DNA from: Flavobacteriales bacterium
GTDB lineage: Bacteria > Bacteroidota > Bacteroidia > NS11-12g > UBA955
Reading direction: 5' to 3'
Assembly: GCA_947487055.1 (NCBI GenBank)
Contig: CANKVN010000002.1
Span: 820-64,819, forward strand
DNA: 64,000 nt
The position numbers and the translations under genes are program-made. Of the stretch, positions 56,657 through 64,000 are shown one piece after another (within the stretch, counting starts at the first letter, position 1; each line of letters opens with the position of its first letter). The notes beneath the pieces were generated by a model that worked only from the letters and a program-made list of their open reading frames with translations, had not been told where the DNA came from and made no database searches.

Positions 56657-57111
56657 ATGAACCAACAGGCAATGTGCGATACAATATATCAATACTGTTT
56701 GCTGGCCGAAGATAATGACAGCGTAGCAGCAAATAACTACTCCAATAGTTACATAATCGGGTATTTATCAGCTGCTGGACAATGGAATTCGTATGCAAAA
56801 AAGTTGATGAAGACTATCAGTCAAATAAAAAATCATATGCAAACTCAGGCATCAATGAAGCAGCCTGGAAAATCTATGAAAACACCAGCGACAAGGAAGC
56901 GCTTGCCCTAGCGCTGGGATGGATGCATGATGTGGTAGATACCGATGATGAATATAACCATGCCGACACTTACGCAGCGCTCTTATACGCTTTAAAAAGG
57001 TATGACGAGGCAGAAACGGCTGCAAAGCAAGCCATTGAACTGGCAAAACGATCCGGAGAAAATTACGATCAAACGAAAACGTTACTGGGCAAAATCTATA
57101 CCGAGCGCTAG
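56657..57111 (+). pseudogene. small hypothetical protein gene interrupted by a -1 frameshift in an A6 run (or two overlapping ORFs)
   Basis: ORF 56594..56911 (frame 2) and ORF 56782..57111 (frame 1) overlap. Restoring one A in the caaaaaag run at 56788-56793 fuses ...GQWNSYAKK to VDEDYQSNKK..., giving one protein of about 150 aa. Confidence 0.45.
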
Positions 57112-57115
57112 TCGG

Positions 57116-60100
57116 TTACTCGTCGCCCAGCTTGGTTTTCCTATCCCGCAGTCGGGCCAGTTTCTCCCGCGCTTCGGCTACCAATTCCTGTATTTCGAAA
57201 TTCTCTGCAACACTGTTCCAGGTTGCTTTTGCATTGAACTCATCGTTGGTTTTCAGAAATGCATCACCCAGCAACAACATGGATTTTCCAACCCAATAAT
57301 CGTAACTGTTAAATTGATCCAGAACCCCATAACATGACTCCTTCGTCAGCTCAAAACTATCGGTGGTAAAATACACCAAGGCCTCGCGGTATTTGGCTTC
57401 TGCAGCATATTTGTTATTGAAACGGGTATACGCTTCTTTGAACTTGGCCAGCGCTGAAGGGAACTGTTTTTCAGCCACATCTGCTTTACCTTGAAACACC
57501 AAGGCTTCCGCCTTTAAATCATCCGGAGAACTCAATTCAGCAACAATACGGATGGCGAGGTTTCTGCCTGTGGCCCACTGATTTTGCTGCTCATAGCATT
57601 TCAGCAAGCTTTTCCAAGCCTGATGGCGCTTGTCTTTATCCCGGGTAATTTGCTCCAGTTGTGTTAGGTAGGGCAGCACCTCATTGCATGGTGCATTGGC
57701 ACCGGAAAGTTCGAGTACACTTAGCACAGCATCCTCCTGGAATTCAAAACCAACGGCATTGGCAGCCACTTTATAGTTCACAATTGCCTCTTCTTTTTGC
57801 TTCAATTCTTCATGACAAACAGCTTTGTAATAATTGGCCGAAACCACGAAGAATCCTTTTTTCACCTCATTGAAATAATCCTGGAATGCAGTAATTGCTT
57901 CCTTGTATTTGTCGCGCTCATAAAGATTAAATGCGGTGTAATACATAAGGCTATCGGTTTCAGCGGCAGTCATTCCTCCCCTGTTTTTGGTCCATTTCAC
58001 ATAGTCGCCACCTTTGCCCTGATCGGTGTAGATTCGTTTTACGTTTTCGGATGCGGTGCGTGCCTCAGGCGTTCCGGGATATTGATCAAACAACCTTGTG
58101 TACATTTCGATTGCCCTGTCGGATTGCCCGTTGTTGTTGCAAATACGGCCTAGGTTCAGGTAACAGCGCACCACCAAAGGATTTCCTTTGAAATCATCCA
58201 CCACATACATGAAGTATTTCTCAGCTTCCTTGGTGCTACCGGCAGCCCAAAACTCAGTACCCAGCTCAAAATAAGCATCCGGCAAAAAGCGGCTTTTGGG
58301 GAAATCAGCTACCAAGCGTTTCAATGCAGAAATTTTCTTTTCGCGCATTCCGGAAACATCAAACAATTGACCCTGCAAGCCATACAGCATACCGGTTTGG
58401 TACAAAGCGTAATCGCCATCTGTTCCTTTTTTCCCGGTAACGTAGGCATAGGCCGTAATGGCATCTTCCATATGCTTGCGTTTTTGGGTTGCAGCATCTT
58501 TGCCAAGCCTGGCAGCCTGCGCGTAGTTGCAATCGCCCAAGCGCAATTGTGCATCGTGGTAAATTTTTTCGTCGTAGCGGCCTTTGCTGATGGTTTTAAG
58601 GAATTTTTCAAAGTACGGAATCGCGTCCTGGTATTGATCTGCTTTGTATTTGGCATATCCAACGCCGTAGAAAGCAAAGGGATAAACCTCAAGTTCATCC
58701 ACACCAGGGGCATCCAGAAACTGCTGATACAATGGCAAAGCCTCTTCATACTTACCTTCCTGCACCAACGATTCAGCCTTCCACAATGCAGCTTGTCCGG
58801 AAATGGCGCGGTTGGCTCTTCTGGACATGCATTTATCAAACATGGTACGGCATTCCTCCCACTGACGGCTTTTATACAATTCCATTCCACGGGCAAGCGT
58901 TACACGCTGGTAACTTTCTTCTGTTTGGGGATCGGGATCCGAAATGCTTTCCAGCACTGCAGCAGCATCGCGGTAGTTATCGGTGTTCAGCAACAGGCGG
59001 GCCAACAATTTTTTGGCTTCTTTGGATTTGGCAGAATTGCCATAAGCGGCTATGTATTTCTGCAACAACGAAGCGGCATTGCTTTCGTTTAATTCGGCTG
59101 CAACTTTTGCCTGATTCAACAATGCATCCTGAGCAACAACTTTGTCGTAGCCATTGCGGTATGCTTCTGCAAAGGCATTCATGGCGTCGCGCTTACTTTT
59201 CAATTTCAGGTAGCAATCACCCAGATTATAACTGGCAAACTGGGCAAGGCTATCACCCAGGTAAGCAATGGGTTTAAACCATTCTATTGCTTTGGAATAT
59301 TGTTCTGCCTTATAATTGGAGTAGCCGAATTCGTATACTTCATTGCGGTCCAGGCTATCCAATGACATTCCGCTTTGATTATAGGCGTCCGCGGCTTGCG
59401 AATACCGGGCCATGCGGTAGTGGCATTTCCCTTTAAGAAAATTAACCCTGCCGGCAGCTACCCCTGATTTGATTTTGTCTGCAGCCAGCAACGCTTTGTC
59501 ATACTGATTTTGCAAGTAATAAATCTGTGCAATGTATAACCTCACAGCCTTGGGGCCTTCATCCTCTATTTTCTGAAATGCAGCAAGCGCCTCCGAATAC
59601 TGACCTGTGTAGTAAGCGCAGTAAGCGTAATAATAAAGCGCCAGCGTTTGGTAATCATTTTGCCGTTTTATCAATGGTTGCAGGGTTTCTGCAGCATCTT
59701 TGTATTTTTTGGTATGCACCTGGCAATAGCCTTTTCTAAACAGATATCGGTCGGCAATATCGTCCGACACCGCGGATGCATCCACCGATTTGTAATATGT
59801 TAACGCTGTGGAATATTTCTGTTTCAGGTAATAATAATCACCCATTGCCAAATTGGCCATGTGGGTTTTGTGCGATCCCGGATTGTTGGTTAAAAAGCGG
59901 CGCACGGAGGCTTCGCCATCGCTGTGTTCCGCATACATTTTGGATACGGCCAGGTAATACTCTGCTTCAATCCTGTTGGGAACAGATGCGTTGTTCTCCA
60001 GATAAAGGTTGAACTGCGTTACGGCTGCATTGAATTTTTTCTCATCAAACAACTCAACCCCACGCTGATAGTAAACCGAAGGATAGGTATTAATTTGGGT

Positions 60101-60160
60101 ATTTTGCCCCGCTAAGCGGAAAGCGCATACGAACGCCATTAAAAGAAGCCTTAATCTCAT
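57116..60160 (-). CDS. large tetratricopeptide-repeat protein (1014 aa, secreted/periplasmic)
   Basis: Signal peptide MRLRLLLMAFVCAFRLAGQ. More than 20 TPR-like helix pairs rich in Y/A/L. Ends in a short coiled coil. Confidence 0.8.
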   Translation of the reverse strand: MRLRLLLMAFVCAFRLAGQNTQINTYPSVYYQRGVELFDEKKFNAAVTQFNLYLENNASVPNRIEAEYYLAVSKMYAEHSDGEASVRRFLTNNPGSHKTHMANLAMGDYYYLKQKYSTALTYYKSVDASAVSDDIADRYLFRKGYCQVHTKKYKDAAETLQPLIKRQNDYQTLALYYYAYCAYYTGQYSEALAAFQKIEDEGPKAVRLYIAQIYYLQNQYDKALLAADKIKSGVAAGRVNFLKGKCHYRMARYSQAADAYNQSGMSLDSLDRNEVYEFGYSNYKAEQYSKAIEWFKPIAYLGDSLAQFASYNLGDCYLKLKSKRDAMNAFAEAYRNGYDKVVAQDALLNQAKVAAELNESNAASLLQKYIAAYGNSAKSKEAKKLLARLLLNTDNYRDAAAVLESISDPDPQTEESYQRVTLARGMELYKSRQWEECRTMFDKCMSRRANRAISGQAALWKAESLVQEGKYEEALPLYQQFLDAPGVDELEVYPFAFYGVGYAKYKADQYQDAIPYFEKFLKTISKGRYDEKIYHDAQLRLGDCNYAQAARLGKDAATQKRKHMEDAITAYAYVTGKKGTDGDYALYQTGMLYGLQGQLFDVSGMREKKISALKRLVADFPKSRFLPDAYFELGTEFWAAGSTKEAEKYFMYVVDDFKGNPLVVRCYLNLGRICNNNGQSDRAIEMYTRLFDQYPGTPEARTASENVKRIYTDQGKGGDYVKWTKNRGGMTAAETDSLMYYTAFNLYERDKYKEAITAFQDYFNEVKKGFFVVSANYYKAVCHEELKQKEEAIVNYKVAANAVGFEFQEDAVLSVLELSGANAPCNEVLPYLTQLEQITRDKDKRHQAWKSLLKCYEQQNQWATGRNLAIRIVAELSSPDDLKAEALVFQGKADVAEKQFPSALAKFKEAYTRFNNKYAAEAKYREALVYFTTDSFELTKESCYGVLDQFNSYDYWVGKSMLLLGDAFLKTNDEFNAKATWNSVAENFEIQELVAEAREKLARLRDRKTKLGDE

Positions 60161-60230
60161 ATTCGTTTGTCAAAATTACAACGTCGAATACGGGCTTTCT
60201 CATATATTTCTTAACACTTTTGTGCGTGTA

Positions 60231-61346
60231 TTACATAAAAGACGCTATTAATTCTGCGTTTTTATGGTTTGAAAATCCTTTTAACAAAATTTCGGTGCGT
60301 TCCTCAATTTGTTGCTGGTCAAAATTAAGCTTACAGCATGATGCAATCTCGCCTGCCAAAGCTTCTGCGGTATCGGCTGACCTACAGAGCGTTTCCAAAC
60401 CGGTATTGGCCACCATGGGGTTGTTGGTTACACAAAAACGCCCTTTGTGCAAGGCATTTAGCAATTTTAACTTTATACCTGTAGATTGAAAAGTAACCAA
60501 CACATTCACCTGTGCATCCTGCACCAGTTGCAAAATTTCGTCGCTGGAAATATTGGAAATTAGTTTTACGTGTGGCAAATTTCTAACTGCTGTTTGCAAC
60601 TGTTTTGACGGATGGTTTCCAGCGATAATGCATGGCATATCGAGCAAGGGAAATACTTCGTGAACAAGGTAAAGTGCAGCTTTATTATTCTCACCCACAC
60701 CCAGATTTCCATGATACAACACAAAATCTCCCCTTCCCTTTTGGCAAGAAACACTAGACGAAGAATGAAATGCAGGAAGGTATTCCACCTTGTTAAATCC
60801 GGAGCGATAATAGGCTGTATCTTCGGTAGAAATGGGCAAAATGAGGTTGGCATGCTTCAAAACATTTTCATATTTCAACAGGCGCTCACTTTCAATCCTG
60901 AAAAAATATTTTTTAAAAAAGCTGGTTTCAGCCTCTTCCAGCAACCGGTAATATTCGTGTTCTACATTGTGGGTTCTCACCATTTTAAACCTGCCGGCCA
61001 GTTCTGGCAACGATAAGCAAGCCGTGGTATGAAGCCCTTCAAACAAAATGGGATAATTGTCCTTTAATAATTGCTCAACCAGGGTTTCATCAGACCGGGT
61101 AGCTACGATATATGGCAAGTCTCCTGTAAAGGGATTCTTAAACCGCCTGCGTTCGTAGTAATAGGTTTTCAAACAAAGGCTCTCCAGGTGTTTGGATGCC
61201 GATTTGCCTCCATACAAATACACATGCAGAATTACCTTAACACCTGCTTCGTGCAGGGCTTTGATTTTGTAATAAATATCTATCACACCCCCGTAATCGG
61301 CCGGATATGGCATATCAAAAGCAACGAGATGAAGGGTCTTAGGCAT
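60231..61346 (-). CDS. glycosyltransferase (GT4-like, GT-B fold)
   Basis: C-terminal GT1/GT4 Rossmann domain. Start set to the ATG at 61346 (MPKTLHLVAFDMPYP). 8-nt overlap with the upstream GT gene. Confidence 0.7.
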   Translation of the reverse strand: MPKTLHLVAFDMPYPADYGGVIDIYYKIKALHEAGVKVILHVYLYGGKSASKHLESLCLKTYYYERRRFKNPFTGDLPYIVATRSDETLVEQLLKDNYPILFEGLHTTACLSLPELAGRFKMVRTHNVEHEYYRLLEEAETSFFKKYFFRIESERLLKYENVLKHANLILPISTEDTAYYRSGFNKVEYLPAFHSSSSVSCQKGRGDFVLYHGNLGVGENNKAALYLVHEVFPLLDMPCIIAGNHPSKQLQTAVRNLPHVKLISNISSDEILQLVQDAQVNVLVTFQSTGIKLKLLNALHKGRFCVTNNPMVANTGLETLCRSADTAEALAGEIASCCKLNFDQQQIEERTEILLKGFSNHKNAELIASFM

Positions 61347-62442
61347 CGGGGAATCGGGATTCAAAAATCGTAAATAAGTGCGCTTCTTCGCTCTCCCAAT
61401 TCCATAATGTTGCAGCCAACTTACAATTCTCGGCAAGTTGCTTGTGCAAAACTGCATCATTCAGCAGCAAATTGGCATTTTCCACGATAGAGGGAATGCT
61501 TGGATTGGTGAGCAACCCTACCTGAAACTGGGAATTGAGCTTCACATATTCCGAAAAGGGATTGATTAAGGATGGCAAACCTGCATGCAGGTAATCAAAA
61601 AACTTATTGTTTAGCGATAATTCGTAGCTAAGGCCTTTGGGTTCACTAACGTTGTAGCCAATCCAGGCGCGCCTTGTGAGTGCAGGCAATGCTGCAGGCT
61701 GAATTCTACCCAAAAAAACAACCTTTTCTGCAAGCCCCAGCTTTGTCACCATCTGTCTAAGGGAATGGCTCAAATCGCCTTCACCGGCAATAAGCAGCTT
61801 GCAGTGTATTTGCTCCATAGCGCGGATTAAACATTCCAGACCGCGTCCTTCGTTCAGCGCTCCCTGGTACAAAATAAATTTATCTGCATCCGGCTCGTAA
61901 GGCAACGACATTTCCAACGGAGGCGCATTTTTCAGTACATGCACTTTGGTTCCGTATTGCTGCCCAAACCAGTCCGCCAACGCAGAACCAACCGTAAACG
62001 CCATGGCTGAGCGCTTAAACGCCATTGCCTGAACCTTTTCCCAAACCGCCTGAACCCTTTTGCGGTTAATCACTTCGGGCACCATCGTGAACAACTCGTG
62101 GGCATCAAAAACCCAGGGAATTCGCTTGATAAGGGAAACAAATCTGGCAGGAACAGCGGTGTCGCAATCCACGGCCCACAATAGATCTGAATGGGAAAAA
62201 AGCAGGTAGAAAAACAACCTGATGTTAAATTCGAGGTAGAACAGTTTTCCTTTATTAAAAGCACAAACCAGGCGCCTTGTTTTGTAGGGTAAATGGTGGA
62301 CAGATTCTGAAGTCCCTAACCTCCGCCCAACCAAAACCACATCATAGCCTCGGCGGTAAAATGCACCACAAATTCGCTGCATACGCTGATCGGTTACCAA
62401 GTCATTGGTAACGGTAAATATCACCTTTTTCACCCTGCCCAA
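61339..62442 (-). CDS. glycosyltransferase family 4 protein
   Basis: GT-B fold. E-x7-E-like C-terminal motif region (FILYQGALNEGRGLECLIRAM...LLIAGEG). 367 aa. Confidence 0.75.
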   Translation of the reverse strand: MGRVKKVIFTVTNDLVTDQRMQRICGAFYRRGYDVVLVGRRLGTSESVHHLPYKTRRLVCAFNKGKLFYLEFNIRLFFYLLFSHSDLLWAVDCDTAVPARFVSLIKRIPWVFDAHELFTMVPEVINRKRVQAVWEKVQAMAFKRSAMAFTVGSALADWFGQQYGTKVHVLKNAPPLEMSLPYEPDADKFILYQGALNEGRGLECLIRAMEQIHCKLLIAGEGDLSHSLRQMVTKLGLAEKVVFLGRIQPAALPALTRRAWIGYNVSEPKGLSYELSLNNKFFDYLHAGLPSLINPFSEYVKLNSQFQVGLLTNPSIPSIVENANLLLNDAVLHKQLAENCKLAATLWNWESEEAHLFTIFESRFPDA

Positions 62443-64000
62443 TGCAATATTCCTTCCTGGTCTTTGGTTATTGTTTCATTATCGAGCAAGCTGCGAAAAA
62501 CGGTGGTCATTTCTTCGGCCTTTTCAGCCGGAAAACTGTCTAAAAAAGACATGTATTCCCAGGAACCGGAGATCAACTTCCTTTTTATCTCCTTTTTCCA
62601 AAAATCATAACCCTGTGGTTTTTGCTTGCTGCGCTTGGCGCAAATATCGCATTTGACACAGTCATCTGCTGATTTTCCTGTAAAATAGGCAATCCACCAG
62701 GCCGACCTGCAAGATGCACAAAAAACGTATTGTTCCATGTGTTCGGTTGCCTGCAACCTACTTTTTTTGAGCGGCTCCAAACTTTTCACATTAAACACTG
62801 GCCTGGAATGGCGTGGCTCCAGCAATAGCACCCGGGGCTTGTCGGTTGCCGGTCTATAATCTAGGATTTCCCTGTTTTGCAAAGTTCTCAGCAATTCGCG
62901 GAATGCATCCTGTTCAAGCCTTAGCCTTTTGGAAAGAATACTTTCGTTGATGACCACATACCCATCCAAAATACCGGGATGCGACCTCAGCAGCATATCG
63001 ATGGCAGCCTCAAACCCGCGGTTTCTTAGTTTAAAATCATAAACAGATGCATAATCTGCCGAAATATGAACTGCAGCAGGGTTTAAAGCCCCTTCGGAAA
63101 GCGAAAAGAACCGCAACAATTCCAGGGATTTCAGCGCATGAAGCAGTTCTGCCATTTGAAAACGAAAACGCCCAGCAATTTCTGCCGGATCAAACTCATA
63201 CCACTGCAGCAGACCACCACCTTCCGGAATCCCCAAATGGGCCATCAATGCCTGATAAACCCTTGCCAGCACTTCAGCACCGGGAAACCTGGCATCAATC
63301 TGCACACGGATTTGTTCAAAATCCGCTTTCCTGTAAAGCATTACGCACCAGCTTTCCTTTCCATCCCTGCCAGCCCGGCCAGCTTCCTGATAGTAATCTT
63401 CCGGACTGGGCGGCGGCCCCGCATGAAAAACAAAACGAACATCAGGCTTGTCTACCCCCATGCCAAAAGCGTTGGTACAGCACATCACACGCTTTTGATT
63501 ACGCATCCAGCTATCTTGCTTGCGTGCCCGCTCTGTGGCCTGCAAACCAGCATGATAAAAATCGGCATCAACGCCGTGATGGCTAAGGAAAGCGGCCAGT
63601 TCTTCCGTTTCTTTTCTGTTTCGTGCAAACACCAAACTGGAACCCTGGGTACCGGACAACATTTTCAACAAAACACCTTGCTTATCTTCCTGCTCTTGAG
63701 CATGAAAATGGAGGTTGCTTCGCTGAAAATCTCCCATGGTGATTTTGGGTTCCACCAGCAGCAATTTGTCGGCAATGTCATTAACCACATATGGCGGAGC
63801 ACTTGCTGTGAATGCTGCTATGGGCACGTTTGGCAGCAAGGCCCTGCTTTCTGCGATCTGTAGGTAAGCTGGCCTGAAATCATAGCCCCATTGGGAAATA
63901 CAATGGGCTTCGTCCACCACCAGCATTTTGATATTGAGATTGGGAAGATATTCCCTGAACCCTTCTGTGGCCAAACGTTCCGGCGATATATACAAAAACC
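62430..64000 (-). CDS. recQ: RecQ-family ATP-dependent DNA helicase (N-terminus lies beyond the window edge)
   Basis: DEAH box (VVDEAHCISQWGYDFRP). Helicase motifs IV-VI (YHAGL...TNAFGMGVDKPDVRFV...QEAGRAGRDG). RecQ zinc-binding and C-terminal extension. The ORF is open to position 64000. Confidence 0.85.
   Translation of the reverse strand, partial: FLYISPERLATEGFREYLPNLNIKMLVVDEAHCISQWGYDFRPAYLQIAESRALLPNVPIAAFTASAPPYVVNDIADKLLLVEPKITMGDFQRSNLHFHAQEQEDKQGVLLKMLSGTQGSSLVFARNRKETEELAAFLSHHGVDADFYHAGLQATERARKQDSWMRNQKRVMCCTNAFGMGVDKPDVRFVFHAGPPPSPEDYYQEAGRAGRDGKESWCVMLYRKADFEQIRVQIDARFPGAEVLARVYQALMAHLGIPEGGGLLQWYEFDPAEIAGRFRFQMAELLHALKSLELLRFFSLSEGALNPAAVHISADYASVYDFKLRNRGFEAAIDMLLRSHPGILDGYVVINESILSKRLRLEQDAFRELLRTLQNREILDYRPATDKPRVLLLEPRHSRPVFNVKSLEPLKKSRLQATEHMEQYVFCASCRSAWWIAYFTGKSADDCVKCDICAKRSKQKPQGYDFWKKEIKRKLISGSWEYMSFLDSFPAEKAEEMTTVFRSLLDNETITKDQEGILHWAG

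Noticed and set aside
55726-56658. 310-aa minus-strand ORF overlapping the coiled-coil gene
   Set aside because: F/L/C-rich mirror image of a K/E-rich coiled-coil coding strand. Antisense artefact.

Overview
The window reads as a compact, gene-dense chromosomal segment of a Bacteroidota bacterium, most like Chitinophagia/Sphingobacteriia. The phylum call rests on T9SS/CHU_C C-terminal sorting domains, DUF5683 after parB, DUF4837, the WG-repeat and GxxExxY families, a short-form NuoG, and a TAnnTTTG-type -7 promoter box. About 65 protein-coding genes cover more than 90% of the sequence. I found no rRNA, tRNA, CRISPR array, transposase or integrase, and nothing that looks like a classical defence island.

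Main blocks:
- Housekeeping genes: yciH, an SDR, a SAM methyltransferase, rpiB, tatC and fabG.
- recG, followed by mlaEF-like ABC transporter genes.
- Chromosome partitioning: parA-parB-DUF5683-TPR.
- A complex I sub-operon nuoA-B-C-D-E-F-G-H on the minus strand. It stops after nuoH; nuoI-N are not in the window.
- Envelope genes: mltG, dapB-lepB-GT39, a lytic transglycosylase with LysM, and an L,D-transpeptidase.
- purN, a metB-like gene, trxA, DUF58, pyrC, dinB, hppD and priA.
- A complete mevalonate-pathway operon: type-2 IPP isomerase, class-II-like HMG-CoA reductase, GHMP kinase, diphosphomevalonate decarboxylase, a second GHMP kinase, and a UbiA-family prenyltransferase.
- A cluster of a membrane coiled-coil protein, a poly-A frameshifted small gene, a 1014-aa TPR protein, two GT4 glycosyltransferases and a partial recQ.

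I could not identify a single unmistakable novel system. The most second-look-worthy items are:
- the mevalonate operon with an embedded UbiA prenyltransferase of unknown product and two ambiguous GHMP kinases;
- a T9SS-sorted secreted protein carrying a CxxCH motif, sitting divergent to the nuo promoter across a tandem direct repeat;
- a cytosolic Csp3-like protein with 20 cysteines;
- a probable homopolymer frameshift;
- an orphan DUF58.

Coordinates and start codons were checked by hand against the sequence wherever I say so. Family assignments come from recognisable motifs, not from database searches.
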